Below, in pieces: positions 43,205 through 55,255 of a DNA stretch of 64,000 nucleotides. The position numbers and the translations under genes are program-made. The stretch's first letter is position 1; each line of letters starts with the position of its first letter. Under the pieces are notes generated by a model that saw only the letters and a list, made by a program, of their open reading frames with translations, ran no database searches and had not been told where the DNA came from. Source of the stretch: Eledone cirrhosa (taxonomy: Eukaryota); NCBI GenBank assembly GCA_964016885.1, contig OZ024741.1, positions 41,416,001 to 41,480,000 of the forward strand, read 5' to 3'.

Positions 43205-43760
43205 ACTAAATGATTAAAAAGTTTCTCTTCATAATCTTAAATTTCTGGGTTCAATTCTACTGTGTTCTGTCTTGAACAAATGATAAAGAAGTTCTCTTCC
43301 CAATCATAAGGTCATGGGTTTGATTCTACTGTGTACTATATTGGCCAAATGATAAAGAAGTTCTCTTCACAGTCATAAGGTCATGGGTTCGATTCTACTG
43401 TGTATCATATTGTCCAAAGATAATTTACCATAGCCACAAGTCAGCCAAAGCCTTGTGACTGAAATTTGGTAACTCATCAAATGGATAGTATCTGTAATTC
43501 AAAGGATCAGCTTAGTGTTCATCTCACAATCAGGAGTTCAGTTCCTACTAGCATGTTCTCCATTTGAGCAAGACACTTTGTTTCACATTGCTCCAGTTTA
43601 CTAAGCTGGAAAACATTAGTTGTACCTGTAATTCATGTCACACACTGCATCATACTGAGCCTTATTCAGGATGCACAGGTCTGGGGAATACTCAACCACT
43701 TTCACATTGACGGTTTTTCTGTTGTTTGAACAACTAGTACAGTCAACATTAAAAGAGAAA
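43205..43760 (+). mobile_element. SINE family C with triplicated head; related copies near 21400-21740 and 50395-50700
   Basis: Three about 62-70 bp units containing gggttc.attctactgtg, then gccttgtgactgaaatttggta body. Confidence 0.6.
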
Positions 43761-44689
43761 GAGTTCCAACAGATATACATTTTCAATTTCAGAAAAGATG
43801 AAGAAAATGGCAGCCCTGTTATAAGTCAATGATGTCATCAAGTGGGGGTTAATATAACATATTAACTCCCACTTACCCACTCACATACATACAGTGACAT
43901 ACCACATTTACACACAAAAGTACACTCACCCACATTTCCATATAAACCAGACATTATATATATATATATATATATATATTCCCTTGCAAGCAGGGAAAAG
44001 TGGACGTAAAATGAAAAAATAAATGATATGTACAATATATATATACACGCACACACACGCATACACACACCTAGATGTAAACAGAAATATTTATATACAC
44101 ACACACATACACATTATGCATTATATAAATTATATAAATACACCAATAAACTATTGACACATTATAAAAATGGAATCTATCACAAATTTAATAACCTTTA
44201 CTTATCTATAAAAGCTTATTACACACGCACACACATACACCCTCTCACTCTCCTCTTCTGACTCTAGCAATCTCTTCTCTATCATTTTCCCCTCTTTAAT
44301 ATGCATAACTGGATATATCTTCCCTGCTTAAATATATCTCTAGAAAAGATACTGAAAAATGTTTCCTCATATTAATATAAATACATAGCTTGAAAGTAAA
44401 AGGTCTTAAAAAACTCAACTTGGCAAAACTATAGTCATAGTAAGTGGAAAAGAAAACAGGGCCTTGATCCCCTCGGGGAAAATGACCTTGCTCGGTAGGC
44501 AGGAAATAAGTGGGTAGAACTTCTATCCTATGAACCAAATACAAACTATGAGTACCCAAAAGATCTAGCATGATCTCAGATAGGCGAGCAAAGAATGTAG
44601 GTTATATATATATGATCGATGCATAGCATCACAGGAGACAAGTTCTATTAAATTCTCAAAGGGTTCTGTACAAGTAATTGATAGATTCT

Positions 44690-44980
44690 GTTACCTGAGT
44701 GAACATATTAACAGTGGAGGTAGGTGTTCTGAAAGTACAGCAGCCAGAATGTAAATGAGATGGAAACAGTTCAGGGAGCTACTACTGCAACTAACTACAA
44801 AGGGAATTTCCCTCAAAATGAAAGGCAGATTGAATGATGCTTGCTTATGAACAGCAATGCGGCAAGGAAGTGAGACCTTGGCACAGTATGCAGAGGACCT
44901 ATGAATATTGGAAAGAAAAGAAGCTTCCATTCTTCAATGGATTCATAATAGTAGTGTGCATGAACTGAAAGAGAAACTTT
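44690..44980 (+). mobile_element. Degraded RTE C-terminal fragment
   Basis: Homologous to 63146-63430 (KGISLKMKGRLNDAC...GSETLAQYAEDL). Confidence 0.8.
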
Positions 44981-45297
44981 ATGCTGTATGTTCTAGCATT
45001 TATCTAAATGTGATTTTATGTTTATAATGTGGTTTTTTTTAGTGTTCTTATTTATGGTTTAATATTTTTGTCAGACTAATGTAAAGTTAAGTCAATCATC
45101 ATAACATGAGGTTTATATTTTGTCATATAATATTAAGAAAGACCGCTGTAACTTTGAAAATGACGACACTTGAAACAATGTAAGGCAAACCTGTGTTCAT
45201 ATGTGTATATGTGTGTAAAAAGTAAACAAATAACAAAGCAAACAACACAGTACATTGAAGAAATATATTAACTTAACACTTGAAATAACATGAAAAG

Positions 45298-45333
45298 TCT
45301 TAACGTTTCGGACAATAGTCCTTCATCAGAAGA
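45298..45333 (-). ncRNA. Minimal Penelope-type hammerhead ribozyme
   Basis: tctt-ctgatga-a-ggac-tatt-gtcc-gaa-acgt-t-aaga: 4-bp stems I and II, palindromic ACGT in place of stem III. Confidence 0.65.
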
Positions 45334-45482
45334 TATAGTTAGAAATAAAAGATAAAATAGAAAGATAAAGTGTAAGAAGAGGAAGGAACAGCAAAAAAAT
45401 GAGAAAAAACGGGGGGGGGGGCACGGACACACAAAACACGTGCATATTCAGTCAGCCATTTTGGAGATTATATATATATATA

Positions 45483-45944
45483 CACACACTTACACATCTC
45501 CAAGACAATGTCACTGGACCGAGATCTTTGGCGCTACACAGTAATACAGAAGACCCGCCTTACCTAAGTACAAAGTGAAACCTACTACAGTCAGTAGGCA
45601 CCTCTAACGAAAATACACCCCCGTCCCACTACCTCCACCCCATTCAATGTAAAGTTATGTTGGTACCACAACATCCAGTCCGAAACAAATGAGGTCATGT
45701 AGGTGTCACGAAAAAAAAACACACAGTCCACGCTGTAATGTGGCCATGTAGGTAACACGGTAAAAACCTCCCAGTCCACACTGTAAACGTGGTTGGTGTT
45801 AGGAAGGGCATCCAGCCATAGAAAACCCGCCAGACAGTCCTATGCGAGCGAGACAACCACTCTTGCCTCAAGTGGGAACACTCCCGTCCAAACCCATGCA
45901 AGCGTGGAAGATGGACGTTGAACAATGATGATGATGATGATGAT
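45483..45944 (+). mobile_element. Short 3' fragment of the same RTE family with (GAT)n tail
   Basis: Matches 2030-2505 and 63627 onward. Confidence 0.92.
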
Positions 45945-47199
45945 ATATATATATATAGGCAGAAAGTAATTGGAAACATCAAACTAAACAAGACTGTACA
46001 ATGAAGAAATATATTGTTTAAGGCCAAGCTTGAGTCTTATATATACATACACACACACACGCATTCATACATTATACATATGTGTCTGTTTATGTACATG
46101 TACTTGTGAGTGTTTGTGTGTCTTTGTGTGCATGTATTTGTGGTTTAATTCTTTTTTCCATTGCTGCCAACATCAAGTAGGTTTTGCTGAAGCCATGTCA
46201 CATAGTGTAAGAAAGACATTAAGAAAGCTAGAGAAACAAGTTAAACTACTGACAGTATTGATGCCAATATTTCAGACAGTGAAGAATTGAAAAATAGCAA
46301 CAAAAAAGAACAACTAAATCACCACACACAAAAAATAAAAAATAAAAAATAAATATGATACTTTTAATAATGAACAATAACAAATACCTAACAGAAAGAG
46401 AGCGAGCTGGGGAGAAGGGAGAGGAGGGAGAGACACAGAAGCGTTGTTGCATCCAAAGTATGAAGTATGACAAGTACCATGTCTAACCTGACCTGATTGC
46501 TGGCCAAACAAACCACTTTACTGCACTTCTTTTCCAGTAGGTTTTTAAAAGTTTATCTCCCTTGCTTACTATTTTATCTATTTACTTATTCCCCTCTTTA
46601 TCTTCTTTGTACATCCACCTTCACCTGGATCTTCTAATGTTATTATTTAATGTCACATAGGATGTCACAAGTTATTGCAGTGTGTGGCATGTTTTCTTTC
46701 CTGTGTGTTTACTCCATTTATGTGAAAGTAACAAACATGTTTACCAAGATATAAGTTAGATTTTTTTTATTTCTCCCTGCATGAGTTGGACAAACACCAA
46801 GAGCTTATCTATTTCATGGTTGTTAAGTGACAGAGTATATGACCCCCACTTCCTGCTGTTGCTGTTGGTACTCATTTTTAAGGTGGCTGAACAAGAGTAA
46901 CATGGAATGAAGTGTCTTGTTTAAGGACACACAGTGTCATCTGGTCTGAGAATCGAACCCATAGGAAAGGAATGATTATATCAATCACAACATTTGACTG
47001 GTATTTTATTCGATCAACCTTGGAAGGTTCAAAAGCTAAGTTGACCTTGGTAGGATTTGAACACAGAATGTAAAGAGTTAAATTCTGCTAAGCATTTGCC
47101 TAACATTCTAACAACTCTGCCAATCCATTTCCCTTTAATCCACTTTTGTAAACGTAGTTATTATTCTTTTATTATTTTACAAAATTGGTTCTCAGAAGA

Positions 47200-47670
47200 A
47201 TTAGATGTAATGTTCAAGAAAGAAGATTGTGTTGCTATGGACATATGTGTACGAAACGATAATCATTGCATGAAGAAATGCCTGAAGTTTCCAAGATGAA
47301 ATTAGATGTGGTAGAGGTAGCTTAACCCTTTAACATTTAAACTGGCCATATCTGGCCAGAGTTCTCTCACCTCTTTCTGTTCAAACCGGCCATAACTGGC
47401 TGCTTATACTTATATTAAGGTATTGTTCTCAAAATGAATAATATCATAATCTCACAGATTTGATATTATGTGCGATAAAGTGTTTACTGTGAAAATACAA
47501 TAGTAAATATAATAAGTAATGTAAATGATAAAGGGTTAAGGAAATCTTGGGCAGACATGGTTAAAGCTGATTTCAAGATGCTGAACCTCACAAAGAACAT
47601 GACAAAAGAATACAACAAGAGGTGAGATAAAGATATTTAGGAAACCAGTGAAAATGAATGTTAAAATTAA
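47200..47670 (+). mobile_element. RTE 3' fragment interrupted by a TTAA MITE
   Basis: Removing 47326-47539 rejoins GRGSLRKSWADMVKADFKMLNLT. Confidence 0.75.
47326..47535 (-). mobile_element. piggyBac-type MITE
   Basis: TTAA-ccctttaacattta ... taaatgataaaggg-TTAA; homologous to the copies at 17682 and 6295. Confidence 0.85.
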
Positions 47671-47674
47671 TAAC

Positions 47675-47885
47675 AGTTTTTAATTTAATTTAGTCAACAA
47701 CATGTGGGAAAGGAAAGTCGATTATATCAGACTCAGTACTTGACTTGTGCCTTATTTTATTGACCTTGAAAGGATGAAAGGCAAAGCTGACTTCAACAGG
47801 ATTTGAATTCAGAACATAAAAAGCCATAACTAAATGCTGCAAAGCATTTTGTCCAATGCTCTATTGATTCTGTCAATCCACTAGC
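47675..47885 (-). mobile_element. SINE family A, older copy; similar copies near 5020-5225, 5300-5435, 6960-7090, 32760-32900, 46965-47130, 58965-59115
   Basis: ggatgaaaggcaaag...gatttgaattcaga core. Confidence 0.7.
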
Positions 47886-49499
47886 CTAATGGTAAAATTA
47901 TAATAAAATAGGAGACACCATCAGACAAAACTCGTGGTAGAGTTGCTCTCTCTAATTGTTTAATGTTACCAATGATAAAATATTAATTCCATCACTAGCA
48001 CTGGAGATGACATCATTTTCTATAACCTACTAGCAATGTTTTGCTGACATCATCATCATGTATTGATACTTTTGTTGTTACTTGACAGCTGAGACTTGAG
48101 TGGACCAATGAGAAAGAATTGTTGGTGACATTATCAACAGACTGCCATCAATTCTAAGTCAAAACCTCTGTGAATTTTGAATTCAGAATGAAAACGGACA
48201 CAACTAAATACTGCAGAGTAGTTTGTACCCCTTGTACTGCCCATTAATTATAAGAGCAGCAATTCTTTTGAAAATGTGGTGTAGTCTATTTACCCATTTC
48301 TTTCACAATTTCATAGCTATGGTGGGGTATCACTTGGAAAGGTAAGAGCTCATCTATTTAGAAAAGTAACTTTTTCATTATTAAGCTGTTTGGAATATAA
48401 CTTAGGAAGAATTATGAAGGAAAGTTTTAAATAAATAAACACTTAAAAACAAGCAGTATGGTAATATAAAACTGAGAGAAGATTCTGGTGGTTTGGTATT
48501 AAAGGGTTTACTATATTTTGCTAATTGTCTGCTATTATGACAGAATAATTAAAATTAATTTTTTAAGTGAAATTTGCTGGGATAAATTAGAAATGATTAG
48601 CACAGCCTAATCTTATTTTCAAAGTCAACCAGTGTGAAAATTTCAAATCTAAGAAGAATGGAAGAGAGGAAATAACAGAATAGAGATATAAAGATTAACA
48701 CTTTAGGAGGAGAAATAACAGAAGGAGAAAGAAAGGGAAAAACAGAAGAACTGTTGCCATCATCTTGAGTTTAGAGGTAAAATATATTGCTTTAAAGCAT
48801 GATCATGAATAGGGGGTCTGATCGCATTTTATCTCCATCAAAGTAGGTAACAAGGAGCAGATATCTATGTAGATCTGCGTTTGATGGAGAGTATACAAAA
48901 GAATTTGAGGTTACTGGAGTAAACTTCTATATAATATCTTCAAAGAATATATATAGCAGGGAAAGCAGATGTTAAACAATGGTGGTGATGATCTTTATAT
49001 GTGTGTGTGTATATAGAGTTAGATTGATAGATAGATGTGTGTGTGTGTGTGCACACTCATATACATCCCTTTCATCTTTCCCTGAATAGGAAAGTGAAAA
49101 GATTTTCAGTTCTACAGATCATATTGGCAGAGCCATTATTGCTAAAGACAGAATCTTTACAGAATGTCTTCTCGCTCTCTGTGCTCTAAGATTAAATTCT
49201 GCTAAGGTCAACTTTGCCTTTCATCTGTTCATGAGTTGATGAGTCAATGAGACAAAGTACCAGTGCAGGGCAATGTATTATCAAAATTGTTAAAGTATTG
49301 AATGAAATGCCTCATGGTATTTCAACTTTTGGTGAGACCTACTTAGGTGACAGACTTAATCCATCACCTGATTTAACACCACAATCAATCTGATATTTGG
49401 GTGCTTTCAGTAGAGACCCCTTTGCTGCAATCATTGAGGCTAGGTCTCTAGTTTCAGGATGCCTTCCACTTGCTAGTCTTGCAAACCCTACCTATCTCT

Positions 49500-49935
49500 C
49501 CCTCAGTTGTTCTTCTCCTTCTTCACCAACTTATTCCTAAGAGGGACCTTCCAGCAGGTTTTATCAGAAGCAACCTTCTCCAACTGATCCAGTTGGATCC
49601 CCAAATAAGGCCATCTAAGCTCATGGATGTTATCCAACTATTTTTCTTGGGGTATGCCCCTGGGTCTCCTGCCGGTTGGTTTTGCCCTTAAAATCTGTCC
49701 AGCAATTCTTTCCTGAGACATTCTAACCATAGTATTGGAACTGTGATCTCTCAATTCAGAGAAATAGTGGCTCTACCTGGAGTGACTCTCCAATCTCCGA
49801 GCTATGGACTCTATCAAGTAACATTATTCCAAAGACCCTTCGGAGGAATCCTACTTCAGCCACTTGTATTCACTTGTTTTCTTTTGGTCATTACCCAAGA
49901 TTCATGACCATGAGTAAGGTTTGGAACAAATACCA
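49500..49935 (-). mobile_element. LINE (RTE-like) 3' fragment, same family as 40530
   Basis: Reverse-complement similarity to 40530-40865. Confidence 0.7.
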
Positions 49936-50784
49936 TGGAAAAACAACAAATCATTGCAGCACATCAACAACAGAATCAACATAGTCAGAAGACTAATAAA
50001 GAGAGCAAGAATAAGAGGTTTTTGATATTAAGTGTGGAATAATGGCAGGTTGTTGAGACAGGTGACATCCATTATTCTTGGTAGACAGAAACTGTGAGGA
50101 AACCTATTATATATGAGTGTGTACGTGTTGTCATGTGTCAGGCAATGTCTGTGTGTGTCTTTATATAAATCCTAATTCCTGCAAGCAGTAACATTTGTTT
50201 TTGTCCTGCATAAACAACATGTCTCACAGTGTAGTGGTCGAAGATAATGAATGGTATATACCACACTATAAAATTAAAGTAAGAGTTGGCATCAGGAAGA
50301 GAATCTGGCAACAGAGAACCTACCTCAAAACCTCTAATCCAATCTATGCTAGCATGCGAAAGTAGATGTAAAAATGATAATAATGATGATGACATTTGTA
50401 TGACCAAATGGTTTAGATGTTCATTTGATATTCATAAGGTTCTAGGTTCTATCCTACAGTATGGTGCCCAGGGAAAATGCCATTCACCATAGCTTCATGT
50501 TGATCCAAGCCTTATGAATTAAATTGGGTAGTTGGATGTTATGTGGAAACCCATTTGATGGACTGCACCTGTGATTCAAAGGGCCAGCCTTGTCATACAC
50601 TATGTCATACTGAATCTCCTTAAAAATTGTACTTGTATACGCGACTAAGGAATATTCAGCCTTGTATGTTAATGACATGAGCTGGCTCCTTCTCTGGAAC
50701 ACTCATTATTATTTACCCTTTTTCAAAAGAAGGTTTAAGGAAATAGCTAATGACAGTCTTCATTAATACAAGAATGTTAATAAT

Positions 50785-51394
50785 TGTTTCTAATATTGAC
50801 AAAAAGGACAGCAATGTGGGGAAGGAAAAATTTGGATAAATCAACCCCAGTACTTTACCGATACTTTATTTTATTGACTCGCAGAAAGATAGAAGGCAAA
50901 GGGAACCTCAGCAGGATTTGAACTTGGAACATAAAGGGTTGTAACTAAATAATACAAAGCATTTTATTTGCCACTGTACCTATTGTGCCAAACTACCCCT
51001 TTCAAGAACCCTAATATAATTGTTTCTACTTTTTGGCACAAGGCCAGCAGTTACCCAGTGCATTATTGGTACTTTATTTTATCGACCCCGTAAGGATGAA
51101 AGGCAAATTTAACCTCAGCGGGATTTGAACTCAGAATGGCAACGGCCATAACTCAAAGCATGGCATCCGACCCTCTACCGATACTGCCAATCCACCGCAA
51201 GAACCTTAATATAATGCCAGCAATTTAGGGGAAGGAGAATGTTGATTAAATCGACCCCAGTGCAGTTTATTTTATCGACCTCGTAAGGATGAAAGGCAAC
51301 GCTAACCTCAATGGAATTTGAACTGGACTGTAACTTTATGCTACAAAGCCTGGTGTCCAACGCTATTTCCGATACTGCTAATCCACCACCTTTT
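50785..51394 (-). mobile_element. Three tandem SINE family A copies
   Basis: Copies at about 50785-51002, 51021-51197 and 51216-51394, separated by a repeated target motif. Confidence 0.85.
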
Positions 51395-51981
51395 AAGAAC
51401 CCTAATATAATAAACAGTAACTTATTTTATCTGGTGAAAACTTCCCATAAACAGAAATTCATATCACAGTAAATTATAGTGTATTCTTTAAGAAGTCATC
51501 TATAGAAATAGAAATATATTGAAGAGTTGTAATAATTCAAAGTGTTGGCATCAATATTGTCATAGTCACTAGTGAAATTATATTTATTTTCTTCCTTTTA
51601 TTCCTGCAACAAAAATACATAAAAAAATAAGAGTCCAAACAGGAAAATTCCAAAGGAAATCATTACAGGAAATATTCCAAAAAACTTTATTTACAGACAA
51701 TAAATGGTAAAATCCATAAGAGAGAGAGAGAAAATCTTTTCAATATTTCTTGAAAAAGCTATGTTCAAATTTGGCTTCTTTAAAATACTGAAAGTATTAT
51801 TAAAAGAAGAACTCTATGTAACTGAGCTCAATTTAATGCATTAGATAAAGTTTTATTCTAAAAGATAACATACACACACCTAACTACATACATATATGAA
51901 TACACATAGATATCTATGAACCTACATATATATATATGCACATAAATGTATATTTTAATATACATAGATATTTACCCACCT

Positions 51982-52015
<34 letters not shown>

Positions 52016-52033
52016 GAGCCTGGTTAGTGAGAC

Positions 52034-52413
52034 AGGTGATTTTTGGACACCATGGAGGATGAAAAATAAAACTTGTTAAAGAGTGGATGAATTAGGGAGA
52101 GCCAACAGCCAGCCATTTGTGATTATATATATATATTGTTTTATCCATAACATCTTTGTCTGATGACCGATCCAGATGTATATTAATATTGTCTGAGATT
52201 CAGTGAACAACACAAAATATAACTACTCCATTTCCACAGGTTTCTGGATCTCAGACAATATTAATATACATCTGGATCGGTCATCAGACAAAGATGTTAT
52301 GGATAAAAAGATATATATATATAATCACAAATGGATGGCTGTTGGCTCTCCCTAATTCATCCACTCTTTAACAAGTTTTATTTTTCATCCTCCATGGTGT
52401 CCAAAAATCACCT
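52034..52413. repeat. Inverted repeat with 170-bp arms and 40-bp spacer, between (TA)n tracts
   Basis: 52034-52203 is the reverse complement of 52244-52413 with few mismatches. Confidence 0.95.
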
Positions 52414-53089
52414 TATATATATATATATATAATTTAATACAGAAATGACTTCCACAGGACTACAACTGTTTCATTCGAATGAAATCATTGAGAAATCGAG
52501 AAAGCCAACTGTCATTGTAGTATGTTGGTATTTATATGTTTTCTTGTGGTTGGGGAAGGTGGTGATTTTGGGAATGCATGGAGGTCATTGACCAAGGGAT
52601 TTTTAAAGAACAGGGATTCTTTGAAAAAACTATTTTTAGAAATATATACATTAATACAATGACATAAAAGGCAAGGTTCACATTGACACTTAAATACATA
52701 TAGACAAACACATACATAAGAACACCCACACATTTTTTAAGGTTCATATATTCTAAGAAAACAAAGGGATTTCATCAAATGGGTGTATTGTCAGGTGTGG
52801 GGCAAAGAATTTTTTGTATCAATGGGTTATTGACACCTGTCAAATCAATTAGTGTTAAGGATGGTGGAATCTGCAATAGCTAGGCATAATACACAGTTAA
52901 AATTCTGTACCATAAGAAATTGTTGAGTATAACAACATTTTTTCCATCGTTAGCCACAAGCTCAATGTGTTTCAGTCTATCTCATTATAAAGAATTTTTT
53001 GTTACAACAAAATTTTTTTATACCCTATGAATTTTGTTATAATTGAATTTCACTGTATATATATATATATATATATAGGGACCAGTAAG

Positions 53090-53183
53090 ACCCCGACAGC
53101 TGAGCTCAAGCCGTTTCGACGGCTAATTCTGGACTAAATGAAAATTTATCCTGGTATTTAAATAGCCGATCTTCTCAAGGGGT
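53090..53183 (-). ncRNA. Type I hammerhead ribozyme, U3-A8 variant (inverted copy)
   Basis: Reverse complement of 53731-53824. Confidence 0.75.
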
Positions 53184-53730
53184 AATTCCATATATGGTCA
53201 AAGTGATTGTCAAAAATCAGTAGTAATTCTGTGGTTGCAAATTAGTAGGGGAGATGGTGGCTAAACCTGCCAGTAGGAGAAAGAGGGGAGGGGGTGGAGT
53301 AGACCCAATCAAGCGTTGGTAGTGCCAGCTACAGCTGGGCATGAGGTCAAAGAAGATACAGGGGAGGGGGAGGAAGTCGGAACGGTAGGTAGAACGAACA
53401 ATAGCCTGAGACCTAGGTCGTAGAATTTAATTTACTTTACTTTTTTCTTTACACTTATTTGCTTTTCTTCACTCTCAGCATTTTTTCTGTCCTATATATT
53501 TCTACCCCCATTGTTCTACCTACCGTTCCGACTTCCTCCCCCTCCCCCTCCCCTGTATCTTCTTTGACCTCATGCCCAGCTGTAGCTGGCACTACCAACG
53601 CTTGATTGGGTCTACTCCACCCCCTCCCCTCTTTCTCCTACTGGCAGGTTTAGCCACCATCTCCCCTACCAATTTGCAACCACAGAATTACTACTGATTT
53701 TTGACAATCACTTTGACCATATATGGAATT

Positions 53731-53824
53731 ACCCCTTGAGAAGATCGGCTATTTAAATACCAGGATAAATTTTCATTTAGTCCAGAATTAGCCGTCGAAA
53801 CGGCTTGAGCTCAGCTGTCGGGGT
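53731..53824 (+). ncRNA. Type I hammerhead ribozyme, U3-A8 core variant
   Basis: Stem I acccc/ggggt; core ttgagaa; stem II gatcggcta/tagccgtc; gaa; stem III acggct/agctgt; GUC at 53817-53819. Confidence 0.75.
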
Positions 53825-54256
53825 CTTACTGGTCCCTATATATATATATATATATATACAGTGAAATTCAATTATAACAAAATTCATAGGGTATAAAAAA
53901 ATTTTGTTGTAACAAAAAATTCTTTATAATGAGATAGACTGAAACACATTGAGCTTGTGGCTAACGATGGAAAAAATGTTGTTATACTCAACAATTTCTT
54001 ATGGTACAGAATTTTAACTGTGTATTATGCCTAGCTATTGCAGATTCCACCATCCTTAACACTAATTGATTTGACAGGTGTCAATAACCCATTGATACAA
54101 AAAATTCTTTGCCCCACACCTGACAATACACCTATTTGATGAAATCCCTTTGTTTTCTTAGAATATATGAACCTTAAAAAATGTGTGGGTGTTCTTATGT
54201 ATGTGTTTGTCTATATGTATTTAAGTGTCAATGTGAACCTTGCCTTTTATGGAATT

Positions 54257-54350
54257 ACCCCTTGAGAAGATCGGCTATTTAAATACCAGGATAAATTTTC
54301 ATTTAGTCCAGAATTAGCAGTTGAAACAGCTTGAGCTCAGCTGTCGGGGT
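54257..54350 (+). ncRNA. Type I hammerhead ribozyme, U3-A8 variant (second copy)
   Basis: Same layout; perfect stem III acagct/agctgt, weaker stem II; GUC at 54343-54345. Confidence 0.7.
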
Positions 54351-54639
54351 CTTACTGGTCCCTATTACCCACTCTACTACCTCAAGTATTGAGTACTTTG
54401 GTGCGTTATGGTCCACCTGGTTCCTTACCACATTTCCTTCGTTATATATATATATATATATATGTGTATATATTTCGTTTCTGAATTTGTTTAGCAAGAT
54501 TCTTTATCTGAAAACGTGTGTTGAAACCGATATTGTTATGCTTTGGGAGGGTCATGTTGCCAAAGCATAACAATATATATATATATATAATATATATATT
54601 GCATACTCCTCTTTAACATGATATATCAGATCTTTCTTC

Positions 54640-54885
54640 CAGTGTTTCTCTACTCAGACTCAGAAGCTCCCGCGTCTTGCGACGTATGAGGCAATCAGTG
54701 TTCCATCGCATTCGGTCAGCAGCCAGTTGCACAGCGTCCCGCCATTGTCTGTTTGTCGTTCGCAGGTCCCTCTCAACTGTCTGGCGCCAGTTCATATTGG
54801 GTTGCCCTCTCCGTCTGCTTCCATGCGGGCTCCATTTAAGTACTTGGTTCGCCAGTCTCTCCGGGGGTAGTCTCAAAGCGTGTCA
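54640..54885 (-). mobile_element. RTE-like LINE C-terminal fragment
   Basis: RLPPERLANQVLKWSPHGSRRRGQPNMNWRQTVERDL...AADRMRW; GC-rich island. Confidence 0.8.
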
Positions 54886-55149
54886 AAAACCAGCCCATAG
54901 CTCTGAAATACTTAGAACTGTCTGAAAATTTTCATTGAGCAATTTTGTGAATTACACTTCATTAAGATGTATTAATAATGTACTGCATTAAGTTAATATG
55001 TGCCATTGAGTATAAATGTTTATATTAAAAACGTAGATATATTGTGTATTTCCAGGTCTGGTGTAATTTTAGCACTGATTAAAGTGTGGTAAACAGGAGA
55101 AACTGGAGGAAACCCAACCAAACACTGTATAATGTAGTTATATATTAAC

Positions 55150-55213
55150 AATATATACACATACACACATGAGCATACACACATACATGCATGCATACAT
55201 ATATACACACACA

Positions 55214-55255
<42 letters not shown>

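Larger units (their letters stand above)
52663..54251. repeat. Long inverted repeat: arms 52663-53395 and 53513-54251, spacer about 117 bp
   Basis: Arms are near-identical reverse complements (two substitutions and one 6-bp indel seen by eye). Confidence 0.95.

Noticed and set aside
52892-53057. pogo/Tigger-like MITE (cagt...actg ends)
   Set aside because: Terminal match too degenerate and no independent copy outside the inverted duplication
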